DNA of 64,000 bases, from NCBI GenBank assembly GCA_963734295.1, contig CAVTGS010000012.1, forward strand, positions 586,429-650,428, written 5' to 3'. The stretch is from an uncultured beta proteobacterium (GTDB lineage Bacteria; Pseudomonadota; Gammaproteobacteria; Burkholderiales; JAEUMW01). The notes beneath the pieces were generated by a model. That model ran no database searches, was not told where the DNA came from, and saw nothing but the letters and a program-made list of their open reading frames with translations. The position numbers and the translations under genes are program-made. Below are positions 14,535 to 24,661 of the stretch, piece after piece; within the stretch, counting starts at the first letter, position 1; each line of letters begins with the position of its first letter.

Positions 14535-16757
14535 TCACACCTTGAAGCCTGCGACCGACACCTTGAGTTTGTTGGCGAGATCCGCAATCTGGGCCATCGA
14601 ATCTGCAGTCCACTTTGTTCCCTTGGTGCTTTGTGTCGTGACGTTCAGCAGATCTTGCATACGCTGCGCCAATTGCTTGGCGACTTGCTGCTGACCTAGC
14701 GTGGACGAGGAAATGGATGCGATCAGTTCCGCCAGCCGGTGTGAGACGTCCCGAATCTCCTTCAAAGCCCGGCCAGCCGAATCCGCGAGCTGGGCGCCGC
14801 GCACGACGCCGTTCGTGCTCTGCTCCATGGCTGCCACGGCGTCCTGGGTATCGTGCTGAATCGCCATCACGATTGCGGCGATCTGCTTGGTCGCCTCGCC
14901 CGAGCGTTCCGCGAGTCTTTGTACCTCCTCCGCGACAACCGTGAAGCCCCGTCCGGCCTCGCCCGCGGCAGCGGCCTGAATGGCCGCGTTCAAGGCGAGA
15001 ACGTTGGTCTGCTCGGTGATCGCGGCAATGAGCTGAACGATCTCGCCGATCTCTTGCGAGCTCTCACCGAGGCGCTTGATTCGTTTTGACGTCTCCTGAA
15101 TCTGCTCGCGCAGGTCGTTCATGCTCGAGATCGAATCCTCCACCGCGGTAGCACCCTTGCCCGACGCAGCAAGCGATTGTTCAGCCACCTCGGCGCACTT
15201 CGAAGCGTCGTCCGAGACGGCGTCCATCGTGGACGTCATCTGCAACACCGACGTCGTAGCCTCCTCGATCTGATGGGACTGCTTTTCGGCAACCTGCAGG
15301 AGATGGACCGATACGGCTTTGCCTTGGGTGGACGAGTTTGTTAGCTGGCTCGCAGCCGAATTGATCTGCGCCACGAGGGAACGCAACTCGTCGATGGCGT
15401 AGTTCACCGAGTCCGCGATCGCGCCGGTCATGTCTTCCGTAACCTGCGCGTGCTTCGTGAGATTGCCTTCCGCGAGGTCCGACATGTCGTCCAGCAAACG
15501 GAGAATCGCCTGTTCGTTGCGGCGGTTTTCGATTTCGTTCTTGAGCGCGCGCGCCCGAACATCATCGAGCAGCACTTTCGCGATTAGCGCCAACCCGATC
15601 AGAGTCATCATCGTAAACAGCACGCCGCTCGCAATCCCGCCCCAACCGCCCCCGGCATCCCGGTAGTTGCTGGTCAGCATATCGATCCTGCCGAGCATCT
15701 CCTGAGTGCCCTTCGAGACATTGCGTGCCGCTTGCTTCGCCTGCGCAAGACCCTCCATGTTCTTGACGATACTGTCGATGCTCACCTTGAGCCCGGTCAT
15801 GGTCTTCAGGAGCTCACTGGCCGTGTCGCGGTTGACGGGGTGCAGAAGGGCGCTGATTCCCGCCTCGGGATTGCCGTCCAAAAGCCCCTTGAGCGTCCCG
15901 ATGAAGCTGCCGACGTTTTTCGCGAGCTGAAGTGCCACCTGGGGAGTCGGTTGATCGGTGGAGACGAGAGACTTGGCGTCGAGAAGATCAAAGTTGAGCA
16001 CGTCAGCGTAGAGCTGGCGCGTCCAGGCAACGGCCCGATAGTCCTCCCCTCGGTCGATCGCGCCCTGCAGGAGCGCTTGACTCAGACTCAATACCTTGGT
16101 CCCGCTGGTTTCGATCATCTCCTCCTGTTTTCGCAGTTGCACGAGGTTCGGCTGTTGGCTGTGGATCCTGGTGACTTGATCGTTGATCGGCTGCCAGCTC
16201 TCCGCGATCTTGACCAGAATCGGCTTCTCCGTTTCCGAGGCGGCGGGAAGATCGACGCCTTTTCGCGTACCGCCCTGCGTCAACAACGTCAGGTCATCGA
16301 CGAGACGGTCGCGGTTTTCCTGTAGCAGCTTGAAAGCACCGGCATCACCGGATACTGCCTGTTGGGCGAGGTTCGCCAAGCGCTGCGCGAGGAGCTGAAT
16401 GTCGTTAGCAACGATAGCCTGCTCCCGCTTGAGGCGAGCATCCCACACCGACACACCAAAGGCAGCCAGCGTAAGCAGTAGCAGAAGTGCGATCACGATC
16501 GAGAGCACCTCGATCTGCCGCGAGAACGGCAGCCTGCCGATCAGAGGGATCTGCCAACTGGGCGTACTCTCGCTCTTGCGGGAGAATCGGTTGACAAGAC
16601 TGCGCAGCGTAAACGGATCGTCAACTTCGCTTTGGGGCGAGACCTCTGCATTCTCGGCGCTCGCTCCCGACATAATGGGTGGGTCATTCTGTGCATTCGG
16701 CGTCCTCTTCCCGAACGCGAGGGAAGGCAGTTTCAGGGCGGACACGATCGACGCCAT
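14535..16757 (-). CDS. pilJ: methyl-accepting chemotaxis protein PilJ
   Basis: 740 aa with an N-terminal TM, a large periplasmic region, a second TM and the conserved MCP signalling hairpin ...[38 protein letters not shown].... Confidence 0.85.
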   Translation of the reverse strand: MASIVSALKLPSLAFGKRTPNAQNDPPIMSGASAENAEVSPQSEVDDPFTLRSLVNRFSRKSESTPSWQIPLIGRLPFSRQIEVLSIVIALLLLLTLAAFGVSVWDARLKREQAIVANDIQLLAQRLANLAQQAVSGDAGAFKLLQENRDRLVDDLTLLTQGGTRKGVDLPAASETEKPILVKIAESWQPINDQVTRIHSQQPNLVQLRKQEEMIETSGTKVLSLSQALLQGAIDRGEDYRAVAWTRQLYADVLNFDLLDAKSLVSTDQPTPQVALQLAKNVGSFIGTLKGLLDGNPEAGISALLHPVNRDTASELLKTMTGLKVSIDSIVKNMEGLAQAKQAARNVSKGTQEMLGRIDMLTSNYRDAGGGWGGIASGVLFTMMTLIGLALIAKVLLDDVRARALKNEIENRRNEQAILRLLDDMSDLAEGNLTKHAQVTEDMTGAIADSVNYAIDELRSLVAQINSAASQLTNSSTQGKAVSVHLLQVAEKQSHQIEEATTSVLQMTSTMDAVSDDASKCAEVAEQSLAASGKGATAVEDSISSMNDLREQIQETSKRIKRLGESSQEIGEIVQLIAAITEQTNVLALNAAIQAAAAGEAGRGFTVVAEEVQRLAERSGEATKQIAAIVMAIQHDTQDAVAAMEQSTNGVVRGAQLADSAGRALKEIRDVSHRLAELIASISSSTLGQQQVAKQLAQRMQDLLNVTTQSTKGTKWTADSMAQIADLANKLKVSVAGFKV

Positions 16758-16808
16758 CTTGCTTTTCTCCTGTGATGAGTTGCCCGCGTCTTGCGGACCC
16801 CCGAAAGA

Positions 16809-17342
16809 CTAGACCCCTTGCAGAGCAACCTGGAGAAAGCGCGGATCCCGGGTCAGCTCTTGTACGCTCAGCTCCTGCCAGATTCGTCCGTCCGCGTCGG
16901 AGTGGGGCGCACTCTGCCAAGAGGATGCGGCTGAATAGCCACGAGGAGCGCTCGTGAACTGTCTCAAGCCAAGACTCCGACCAATAAGCAGGCCGGCATG
17001 CACGCGATACTTTGCGTGCAGCAAGACCAGACGGCTTTCAGACGTGATCGGCGTAGGAACCCCGTTCGCGAATCGGGCAAAGTCGGTAATTGCAAACAAG
17101 CCCCCGCGAATGTTCGCGACGCCGACAAACCAGTCCTGCGTCAGAGGTGCAGACACTAGAGCGGGCACCGGAATGACCTCGATCACGTCCATGAGCCGGA
17201 CCACCCACGTCTGCCCGCCGGCTTCGAACCCCAAGTGGGAGGACGCCACGTCCGAGCCTGCCGACGCGCGAATGCGATCGAAAAGGTGCTGCTGGTACTC
17301 GCGAAGTCTGACGTTGACGGAGTGCATGATCGGGCCTCTCAC
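16809..17342 (-). CDS. pilI: CheW-like coupling protein PilI
   Basis: 177-aa single CheW-like domain protein located between pilH and pilJ. The start may be the internal MHSVNV. Confidence 0.75.
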   Translation of the reverse strand: MRGPIMHSVNVRLREYQQHLFDRIRASAGSDVASSHLGFEAGGQTWVVRLMDVIEVIPVPALVSAPLTQDWFVGVANIRGGLFAITDFARFANGVPTPITSESRLVLLHAKYRVHAGLLIGRSLGLRQFTSAPRGYSAASSWQSAPHSDADGRIWQELSVQELTRDPRFLQVALQGV

Positions 17343-17704
17343 ACGACGGCAGCGATCTTCTGCAGAAGATCGGACTCAATCACCGGCTTTACGAGGTACT
17401 CTCGCGCTCCCTGGCGCAGGCCCCATATCTTGTCGGTTTCCTGCCCCTTGGAGCTGCAGATGATGATCGGAATGTGCTTGGTGCCCTCGTTCCTGGAAAT
17501 CGAGCGGGTTGCCTGAAAGCCGCTGGCGCCAGGCATGACCACATCCATCAAAATGACGTCGGGCTGAATCTCGTCCGCCTTGCTCAAGGCCTCTGTGCCG
17601 TTCTCCGCTGTGAACACGAGGTAGCCGTTTTTCTGCAACATCTCTGACAGCACGTAGCGCTCTGTTTTGGAGTCGTCGACGATCAGCACTTTCTTGGTCG
17701 GCAT
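17339..17704 (-). CDS. pilH: CheY-like response regulator PilH
   Basis: ATG at 17704 (MPTKKVLIVDDSKTERY...DVILMDVVMPG...K). Single receiver domain, second of a tandem receiver pair. Confidence 0.8.
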   Translation of the reverse strand: MPTKKVLIVDDSKTERYVLSEMLQKNGYLVFTAENGTEALSKADEIQPDVILMDVVMPGASGFQATRSISRNEGTKHIPIIICSSKGQETDKIWGLRQGAREYLVKPVIESDLLQKIAAVV

Positions 17705-17721
17705 ACTTGCTCTCTCCCCGA

Positions 17722-18171
17722 CTATGCCCATTGCATACTAAGGGTATGTTGGCGTACGGCACGGACGAGGTCATCCTTCGTGAAGGGCTTGGTGAGATAT
17801 TCATCCGAGCCGACCAAGCGGCCTCGAGCGCGGTCGAAAACGCCGTCCTTGCTGGACAGCATAATTACGGGCGTGCGGCGAAATCTCGCATTCCGCTTGA
17901 TCAACGCGCACGCCTGATATCCATCGAGACGCGGCATCATGACGTCAACGAATATAACGTCAGGGTGATGTTCCGTGATTTTCGTCAGTGCCGAAAAGCC
18001 GTCCTCCGCGAGAATCACGTTGTAGCCTGCCTGGGTAAGAAAGAGTTCGGCGCTTCGCCGAATGGTGTTGCTGTCGTCGATCACGAGGACTTTGACGCCC
18101 GAATGCTTCGAATCGACCGATGATTCGTCTCCCGGCGCCGGGGAAGTCGGATCGCGCATCTCAGAACTCAC
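17722..18171 (-). CDS. pilG: CheY-like response regulator PilG
   Basis: 149 aa receiver (VKVLVIDDSNTIRRS...DVIFVDVMMPRLDG...K) with an N-terminal extension typical of PilG. First gene of the cluster. Start codon uncertain (GTG 18171 or ATG 18159). Confidence 0.8.
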   Translation of the reverse strand: MSSEMRDPTSPAPGDESSVDSKHSGVKVLVIDDSNTIRRSAELFLTQAGYNVILAEDGFSALTKITEHHPDVIFVDVMMPRLDGYQACALIKRNARFRRTPVIMLSSKDGVFDRARGRLVGSDEYLTKPFTKDDLVRAVRQHTLSMQWA

Positions 18172-18652
18172 TCAGAGGAGGTTGTCTTGGCAGTGCCAAC
18201 GGATCTTGGCATTACCGTTGATTCTCTCTAATGGGAAAAAGAGAAACATTGCGGTTTCCGGCGCACTGGAATGCCATCGATTCAGCAAGAGGTATGCCAC
18301 TGATAATTCGGAAGGTAAGAAGTGGTCTCACGAATTTGAACAGCGCTATAAGTGAAAAACTCCGGGTATAAGGAGCCGGACCGAGAGCGGTCTCACAAGA
18401 AGGAGTTTCTGATGGTGAAGAAAGAAAACATCGAGGTGCATCCGAACCAGATCACGATTGGCGACGGCCTGCGCGAATCCAGGGAATGCTGCGGTGGACC
18501 ACGGCGCGCTGGGGTTCTGGGCCGCGCTCGCCTAAGTGCCGATTAACATGCTTCGTTGCGCATAATATGTATTATGTCCACTTAAGAACGTCGCATTCTG
18601 CAAGTCATTGCCGCCTGTTGCTACTTGCGTCTTACGTCGGGGGAAATCGAAT

Positions 18653-19444
18653 TCAATGATTGGGCGAGAGACCTACTCCGAACAAGGTCGCGAAGTTTCG
18701 GGTTGTCTCAGCGGCGACACGCTCCAGCGAAGTTTCCCGCAGGCGCGCGATCTCCTCGGCCACATGTTTTACGAACCCCGGCTCATTGGTCTTGCCGCGA
18801 TGAGGCACTGGTGCCAGATAGGGTGCATCGGTCTCGATGAGCAGCCGATCCAGTGGCACCCGACGAGCGACGTCCTTCAGGGCGACTGCGTTCTTGAAGG
18901 TGACGATGCCGGAAAAGGAGATATGGAATCCCATCTCCAACGCGGCCGCAGCGACTTCCCACGTCTCGGTGAAACAGTGCATGACTCCGCCGACATCGCA
19001 AGCACGCTCCTCGCGCATCAACCGCAGCGTGTCCTCGGCCGCCGAGCGCGTATGGACGATCAACGGCTTGCCCGCCTCGCGTGCGGCCCGGATGTGGCAG
19101 CGAAAGCGCTTGCGCTGCCATTCGAGGTCTCCCTGCAGCCGGTAGTAGTCGAGCCCGGTCTCGCCGATCGCAAGGATCTTCGGATGTTGCGACAAGGCGA
19201 CGAGCTTTCCGGCCGTGGGTTCTTCCCCGCCTTCGTGGTCCGGATGTACCCCGACAGACGCGAAGACTTTCGGAAAGCGTTCCGCGATTTCCAGCACAGA
19301 GGGCAGCTCTTCCAAGCTCACGGCCACGCAGAGTGCAGCCCGCACCCCGTTTGCCGCCATCCTGCGCAGTACGCCATCGATGTCGCCGGACAACTCGGGA
19401 AAGTTGATGTGGCAATGGGAATCGACCAACACGAGAGACATCAC
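18653..19444 (-). CDS. TatD-family metal-dependent hydrolase (YcfH-like)
   Basis: 263 aa starting MSLVLVDSHCHINFPE... with ...ETDAPYLAPVPHRGK.... Follows holB as in E. coli. Confidence 0.85.
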   Translation of the reverse strand: MMSLVLVDSHCHINFPELSGDIDGVLRRMAANGVRAALCVAVSLEELPSVLEIAERFPKVFASVGVHPDHEGGEEPTAGKLVALSQHPKILAIGETGLDYYRLQGDLEWQRKRFRCHIRAAREAGKPLIVHTRSAAEDTLRLMREERACDVGGVMHCFTETWEVAAAALEMGFHISFSGIVTFKNAVALKDVARRVPLDRLLIETDAPYLAPVPHRGKTNEPGFVKHVAEEIARLRETSLERVAAETTRNFATLFGVGLSPNH

Positions 19445-20469
19445 TTTGGAAGCTCAGTACAAGTGAGGTACGCGAGGAACAGATGCTCGAATACCAGCTT
19501 GGGATTGAGCGGGTGACCCAGGTACGACTGGTATCTCGCGAGCGTGCGGAAGAGTCTGCCGAGTTGCGCTACGTCGGCGCGCTCCGCTATCCGACGAAGG
19601 GGAACGGCGAAATCGAGGTTATAGCGCGTGCGTCCCGTCAGACGATTCGCGACCAGATCGTACGTCCACTTGTGGAGCCATCCGAGCACGTCCGGGAGAG
19701 CATCGGGGTCGAGGGTTGCCGCGACATCCAGGGGGCTCAGCGTGTCGTCCGCCAGCAACCGCAGAAACTGCTTGCGTCGCTCGACGTGGTTTGCGTCGGC
19801 GTTCCCGAGCGCTCGAAACGGGGCGAAGCCCGCCTCTGACAGCACAGACGAGGGATCCTCCACCCCCTGCTCCGCCAGCCATGCCATTCCCTCTGCAGGA
19901 GGCGGAACGCGCATGGGCAGAATTCGACAGCGGCTCCGGACCGTGGCCAGTACCCCATGCGGCCGATGGCTCGTCAGAAGAAAAAATGTCCCCGGCGGCG
20001 GCTCTTCGAGGGTCTTGAGGAGAGCATTGGCGGCGCTCGCATTGAGATCCTCGGCCGGGTGCAGCAGGACGACCTTCCTGCCTCGACGGTGAGCGCTGAG
20101 GCCCACGAAATCCGCAAGATCGCGGATCTGCGAGACCGAGATCCGCTTGCCGCCCCGCTTCTCCTTCCCGCGCTCGCGGTCTTCACTGCCCTCCCCGATC
20201 GCTTCTTCCCTCGACAGTGATTCCGGCTGGATCAGCCTCAAGTCGGGGTGCGCCTCCTGGTCGAACCAGCGGCAGGACGCGCACGCGCTGCACGGGGTGA
20301 ACTGTGCACCGGGCTGCTCGCAGAGCAGTGCTTTGGCTGCCAACCGGACGAAGTGCAGCTTACCGATGCCCCTTGCACCGCACACCAAGAGTGCATGCGG
20401 AAAAGCCGCTGGCGCCGAAAAAAGCTGCTGCCATGCGGAAACTTGCCATGAAAGTATTCTATCTAACAT
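19441..20469 (-). CDS. holB: DNA polymerase III subunit delta'
   Basis: 342 aa with ...HALLVCGARGIGK...C..C.SC... (zinc module) and ...TLEEPP..T.FLL...VRSRC. Confidence 0.8.
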   Translation of the reverse strand: MLDRILSWQVSAWQQLFSAPAAFPHALLVCGARGIGKLHFVRLAAKALLCEQPGAQFTPCSACASCRWFDQEAHPDLRLIQPESLSREEAIGEGSEDRERGKEKRGGKRISVSQIRDLADFVGLSAHRRGRKVVLLHPAEDLNASAANALLKTLEEPPPGTFFLLTSHRPHGVLATVRSRCRILPMRVPPPAEGMAWLAEQGVEDPSSVLSEAGFAPFRALGNADANHVERRKQFLRLLADDTLSPLDVAATLDPDALPDVLGWLHKWTYDLVANRLTGRTRYNLDFAVPLRRIAERADVAQLGRLFRTLARYQSYLGHPLNPKLVFEHLFLAYLTCTELPK

Positions 20470-21074
20470 ATAGATAAAAGTATTTCTTCAAGTGACGCTC
20501 GAATCTTATCGATTGGCTCGTCGGCCCTCACGAGGCGCATGCGACCAGGAAACGCTTCGACCTGCTGCCGGTAAATCGCACGTGCGCGTTCAAAAAAATC
20601 CGCCTGCTCCTGCTCGAAACGGTCGGAGGCATCCCCGCGACGCAGCCGCTCCAGCGCCGTGGCCACCGGGACATCGAAAAAGAGCGTGAGGTCCGGCTGC
20701 AGGTTCCCCTGGACCCACCGTTCCAGGATGCCGAGTCGCTCCAGTGGAATCCGGCGCCCGCCCCCCTGGTAGGCCATCGTGGCATCGGTGAAACGGTCGC
20801 ATACGACCCATTCTCCCGCGTCCAACGCAGGAAGAATGACGGTACCAAGATGCTCCTGTCGCCCGGCAAACATCAGGAGGGCTTCCGTGTCCGCCTGCAT
20901 CGGCTCATGCAGCAGGAGATCCCTGAGCCTTTCACCGAGGGGGGTCCCACCCGGTTCGCGGGTCACCCGCACCGTCTTGCCACGCAGGCGGAGCCGTTCG
21001 GCTAGCCAGCCGATATGGGTGGTCTTCCCGGCTCCATCGAGCCCCTCCAGGGTGATGAATCTGCCTCGTTCCAT
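20463..21074 (-). CDS. tmk: thymidylate kinase
   Basis: 203 aa starting MERGRFITLEGLDGAGKTT... with ...TREPGGTPLGE.... Confidence 0.9.
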   Translation of the reverse strand: MERGRFITLEGLDGAGKTTHIGWLAERLRLRGKTVRVTREPGGTPLGERLRDLLLHEPMQADTEALLMFAGRQEHLGTVILPALDAGEWVVCDRFTDATMAYQGGGRRIPLERLGILERWVQGNLQPDLTLFFDVPVATALERLRRGDASDRFEQEQADFFERARAIYRQQVEAFPGRMRLVRADEPIDKIRASLEEILLSIC

Positions 21075-21101
21075 GCCCCGCGCTCTATCCGGCCGGCCGT
21101 C

Positions 21102-22118
21102 TCATCGTCGCGCCCTTTGATAGCGATTCACCGCGCGATTATGCTCTTCCAGCGTGGCCGAAAAGTGGCTCGTGCCATCGCCGCGTGCGACGAAGTAGAG
21201 CGCGTCGCTTGGCGGCGGGTTGAGGGTGGCCGAAAGCGATGCGAGTCCGGGCATGGCGATGGGAGTCGGCGGCAGACCCTCGCGCGTATAGGTGTTGTAG
21301 GGCGTGTCGCGGAGTAGATCGGTCTTTTTCAGATTACCGTCGAAGGTCATGCCCATGCCGTAGATCACGGTCGGATCGGTCTGCAGCTTCATGCCGCGCC
21401 GCAGTCGATTCACGAACACCGCCGCGACCATCGGCCGATCCGCCTGAAGGCCGGTTTCCTTTTCCACGATCGAAGCGAGAATGAGCGCCTCGTACGGAGA
21501 CTGGAAGGGGAGGTCCGGGGCGCGGGCGTTCCAGAGCGTGTCGACCTGCCTTTGCATCGTTTCGCGGGCCTGACGCAACACGTCGAGGTCACTCGCACCG
21601 CGGTTGAAGCGGTAGGTATCGGGAAAAAAGAGACCCTCTGCACTTTCGTGGCCGGTCGCACCGACCCGCTCGATCAGTTCCATATCCGAGAGGGTCGCGC
21701 TGTCGTGACGGAGGTTCGGATGTTCGGCAAGCGCCTCGCGCCACTGTCGGAAGGTCCAACCCTCCACGAAGGTGACCTGTTCCTGCACGACATCGCCGCG
21801 GATGAGCTTGTCGAGAAGATCGAGGGGCGTGATCGGCGCCGCGATCTCGTAGCTGCCGGCCTTGATGTTGGCGCCGTCGCCTCGGGTCCGGGCGATCACC
21901 TCGAAGCGCCACGGCTCCGGGAGAATCTCCGCGGCGACGAGTTGCCGGGCAATGCTTCTGAGGCTGCTCCCCGCCTTGAGCTCGAAGCCTTTGGCGGGGG
22001 GCACCGCGACCTGCAACGGCGTGTGCGCGAAGCGGTAGAGCGCCCCCGCCGCCGCGGCAACTGCGATGATGCCCGCGATCAGGAGCCACGCGATGACGCG
22101 CCTAATCGTCCGCGCCAT
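21102..22118 (-). CDS. mltG: endolytic murein transglycosylase MltG (YceG)
   Basis: 338 aa with an N-terminal TM and the YceG-like domain (...LASIVEKETG...NRL..GM.LQTDPTVIYG...YNTY...GLPPTPI..PG). Confidence 0.85.
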   Translation of the reverse strand: MARTIRRVIAWLLIAGIIAVAAAAGALYRFAHTPLQVAVPPAKGFELKAGSSLRSIARQLVAAEILPEPWRFEVIARTRGDGANIKAGSYEIAAPITPLDLLDKLIRGDVVQEQVTFVEGWTFRQWREALAEHPNLRHDSATLSDMELIERVGATGHESAEGLFFPDTYRFNRGASDLDVLRQARETMQRQVDTLWNARAPDLPFQSPYEALILASIVEKETGLQADRPMVAAVFVNRLRRGMKLQTDPTVIYGMGMTFDGNLKKTDLLRDTPYNTYTREGLPPTPIAMPGLASLSATLNPPPSDALYFVARGDGTSHFSATLEEHNRAVNRYQRARR

Positions 22119-22917
22119 CGAGCCAACCGCGCAGGCGTGAGATCCAGGTGCCCTGACGCCACCGGCGGGACTCCAGCCACCGGATCTGCCACGCCCCGAT
22201 CAGACTGTTGACGAGGATCGCCTCCTCCGCGGACATGACGTCCTGCCACGCGATCGTCGCGATGCGCACCGGCATGGCCTCGCGAACGGCGGCGTCGATG
22301 ATCCGCTCCCGCGTCACGCCGGACACTCCGCAGCGGGAGAGATCCGGTGTGTGCAGCACCCCCCCGTGCACGAGAAAGAGGTTCGTCGAGATACCCTCGA
22401 TCACATGATCCGCGGTGTCCAGCAGGAGCCCTTCTGCAATATCGGGATGCGACCACTCCATGCGCGCGAGAACGTTCTCGAGGCGGTTCAAGTGTTTGAC
22501 GCCGGCAAGCCGGGGTTGCGGGCTAAGACGGAGACGGCAACGATGGACTTTCACGCCCTCGTCACGAAAGGAAGCCGGGCAGTCCGGCAGCGGCCCCGCG
22601 GACACGATGCGGGTCGGCTCGGGAGGTGCCGGCGGTGCGTAACCGCGCGGACCGACGCCGCGCGTGACGATGATTTTGCCCGCCGCCTCGTTTAATCCGA
22701 CAGCGGCTGCGGCGAGTTCGCGCGCCAAGGTTGCGGCAGGCGGACACGGCAGCGCGATCGCCGCGCAATCGGCACGCAGCTTTCTGTAGTGGCGCTGCCA
22801 GCAGACCGGTGCTCCATGCCGGATTACGAGGGTGCGAAACACACCATCGCCGTAGGCCACGCCGCGATCGGTGGGGTCGAGGCTACCGCCCGATTCACCG
22901 TTGACCAGGAGACCCAC
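22102..22917 (-). CDS. pabC: aminodeoxychorismate lyase (class IV aminotransferase fold)
   Basis: 271 aa with ...DRGVAYGDGVFRTL...GVKHLNRLENVLA.... Lies between fabF and mltG as in E. coli. Confidence 0.75.
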   Translation of the reverse strand: MGLLVNGESGGSLDPTDRGVAYGDGVFRTLVIRHGAPVCWQRHYRKLRADCAAIALPCPPAATLARELAAAAVGLNEAAGKIIVTRGVGPRGYAPPAPPEPTRIVSAGPLPDCPASFRDEGVKVHRCRLRLSPQPRLAGVKHLNRLENVLARMEWSHPDIAEGLLLDTADHVIEGISTNLFLVHGGVLHTPDLSRCGVSGVTRERIIDAAVREAMPVRIATIAWQDVMSAEEAILVNSLIGAWQIRWLESRRWRQGTWISRLRGWLDGADD

Positions 22918-22983
22918 GGGTCGATCCGGATGCGGCTTTCAGCCTGGCGCTTGCTTGCCGGCGGAGACGTCCCCGCGGCCGCG

Positions 22984-24222
22984 CTAGATCCGCCGAAAGG
23001 CGAGCGTGGCGTTCGTTCCGCCGAAGCCGAAGGAGTTCGAGACGGCCACCTCGATCTTCATCTCGCGGGCCGTGTTCGGCACATAGTCGAGATCACACTC
23101 GGGATCCGGGCTCACGAGATTCACGGTCGGCGGTGCGACCTGATCGCGGATGGCGAGCACGGTGAAGACCGCTTCGACGCCTCCGGCAGCGCCCAGGAGG
23201 TGGCCGGTCATCGACTTGGTGGAGCTCATGGCGACGCGCTTGGCGCTCTCGCCCAGACACTTCTTGACGGCGATCGTCTCCGCGATGTCGCCGAGCGGCG
23301 TCGAGGTGCCGTGCGCATTCACGTAGTCCACCTCGTCGTTGTTGACGCCGGCGTTGCAAAGCGCGTTGCGCATGCAGCGCGCAGCGCCCTCCCCGTCCTC
23401 GGATGGCGCAGTGACGTGGTGCGCGTCGCTGCTCATGCCGAAGCCCGCGAGCTCTGCGTAGATTCTGGCGCCGCGCTTTTTCGCATGCTCGAGCTCCTCG
23501 AGCACCAGTATGCCTGCGCCTTCTCCCAGCACGAAACCATCGCGCCCCGCGTCCCAGGGACGGCTGGCTGCTGCCGGGTCGTCGTTGCGGTGGCTCAAGG
23601 CGCGCGCCGCACAGAAACCGCCGATCCCGAGGGGTGAGACCGTCGCCTCGGCACCGCCCGCGATCATCACGTCCGCATCACCGTACTCGATCAACCGAGC
23701 GGCGGTGCCGATGCTGTGGTTGGACGTGGCACATGCAGTCACGATGGCGAGGTTGGGGCCCTTCATGCGATACATGATGGAGAGGATCCCCGAGATCATG
23801 TTGATGATCGTTCCCGGAACGAAGAAGGGGCTGATCTTGCGCGGCCCCCCCTCGGACAGCATGCGGTGGGTATCCTCGATCATGGGCAGGCCGCCGATCC
23901 CCGAGCCGATATTGATTCCGATCCGGTCGGCGTTTTCGTCGGTGACGACCAGCCCGGCATCGGCAATGGCATCGACGGCGGCAGCGATGCCGTAGTGCAC
24001 GAAGGTGTCGTAGCGGCGCACTTCCTTCGCCGAGATGTACTTGGACGCATCGAACCCCTTCACCTCACCCGCGATCCGGGACGGGAACGCGGAGGCGTCG
24101 AAGCGGGTGATGCGATCGATGCCCGACCGGCCTGCGCGAACGCTCGCCCAGGCCGCGTCCACAGAGTTGCCGACCGGGCTCACGATGCCCAGGCCCGTCA
24201 CCGCTATTCTGCGCCTGCTCAA
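22984..24222 (-). CDS. fabF: 3-oxoacyl-ACP synthase II
   Basis: Track ORF 22984..24243. The likely start is TTG at 24222 (M)[18 protein letters not shown], preceded by GGGAGA 6 nt upstream, giving about 412 aa. Active-site region ...[10 protein letters not shown]... and C-terminus ...[14 protein letters not shown]. Confidence 0.9.
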   Translation of the reverse strand: MSRRRIAVTGLGIVSPVGNSVDAAWASVRAGRSGIDRITRFDASAFPSRIAGEVKGFDASKYISAKEVRRYDTFVHYGIAAAVDAIADAGLVVTDENADRIGINIGSGIGGLPMIEDTHRMLSEGGPRKISPFFVPGTIINMISGILSIMYRMKGPNLAIVTACATSNHSIGTAARLIEYGDADVMIAGGAEATVSPLGIGGFCAARALSHRNDDPAAASRPWDAGRDGFVLGEGAGILVLEELEHAKKRGARIYAELAGFGMSSDAHHVTAPSEDGEGAARCMRNALCNAGVNNDEVDYVNAHGTSTPLGDIAETIAVKKCLGESAKRVAMSSTKSMTGHLLGAAGGVEAVFTVLAIRDQVAPPTVNLVSPDPECDLDYVPNTAREMKIEVAVSNSFGFGGTNATLAFRRI

Positions 24223-24269
24223 GGACGCTCTCCCGCGCTGCAATCAGGCGTTCCGAGCGGAATCCCGCA

Positions 24270-24506
24270 TCAGCCCAGATGCGACTTGATGTAATCGATG
24301 GCCTGTTGAACGGTCGCGATCTTCTCGGCTTCCTCGTCGGGGATCTCGCACTCGAACTCCTCCTCGAGCGCCATTACGAGCTCGACGGTGTCGAGTGAAT
24401 CCGCACCGAGGTCGTCGACGAACGACGATTCGTTCTTGATTTCCGATTCATTGACGCCAAGCTGTTCGGCGACGATCTTCTTAACGCGTGCTTCGATGTT
24501 GTCCAT
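24270..24506 (-). CDS. acpP: acyl carrier protein
   Basis: 78 aa [18 protein letters not shown]...[19 protein letters not shown], with the phosphopantetheine-attachment DSLD motif. Confidence 0.95.
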   Translation of the reverse strand: MDNIEARVKKIVAEQLGVNESEIKNESSFVDDLGADSLDTVELVMALEEEFECEIPDEEAEKIATVQQAIDYIKSHLG

Positions 24507-24558
24507 GGTATCCCCTTCCCTTTGAGTAGGCGCAGCCGGTTAGCGGTGTTGAATGGAA

Positions 24559-24575
24559 CGCGGGCCAGGCCCGCG
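24559..24575 (-). terminator. GC-rich perfect palindrome in the fabG-acpP spacer (possible attenuator or processing hairpin)
   Basis: cgcgggcc-a-ggcccgcg, 8-nt arms, about 87 nt downstream of the fabG stop and about 53 nt upstream of the acpP start. No clear U-tract follows. Confidence 0.25.
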
Positions 24576-24661
24576 GGCATTGAAAAGTTGGCGAATTCTA
24601 CCAGAATGAACGGTGAGGAAGAATGCCGCGTCGGCCTTCCCCGGTGCCGGCCGCAGCACCC

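Noticed and set aside
18207-18221. Sigma-54-like element TGGCAT-N5-TTGA upstream of the pil cluster
   Set aside because: It lacks the conserved GC of the -12 element (TTGC). It is also on the plus strand, pointing away from pilG towards the 3' end of the convergent tatD-like gene.
18062-18355. 97-aa plus ORF reading out of pilG into the intergenic region, with AGGAGG immediately before an in-frame TTG
   Set aside because: Its 5' part is antisense to pilG. The AGGAGG has zero spacing to the TTG. The product has no recognisable features.
18470-18546. A frame reading ...VDHGALGFWAALA*, reminiscent of the DGALGFW..AL motif of IS256/Mutator-type transposases
   Set aside because: Only about 12 residues resemble the motif and no flanking transposase sequence or repeats are present. 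This is too short to support a mobile-element call.
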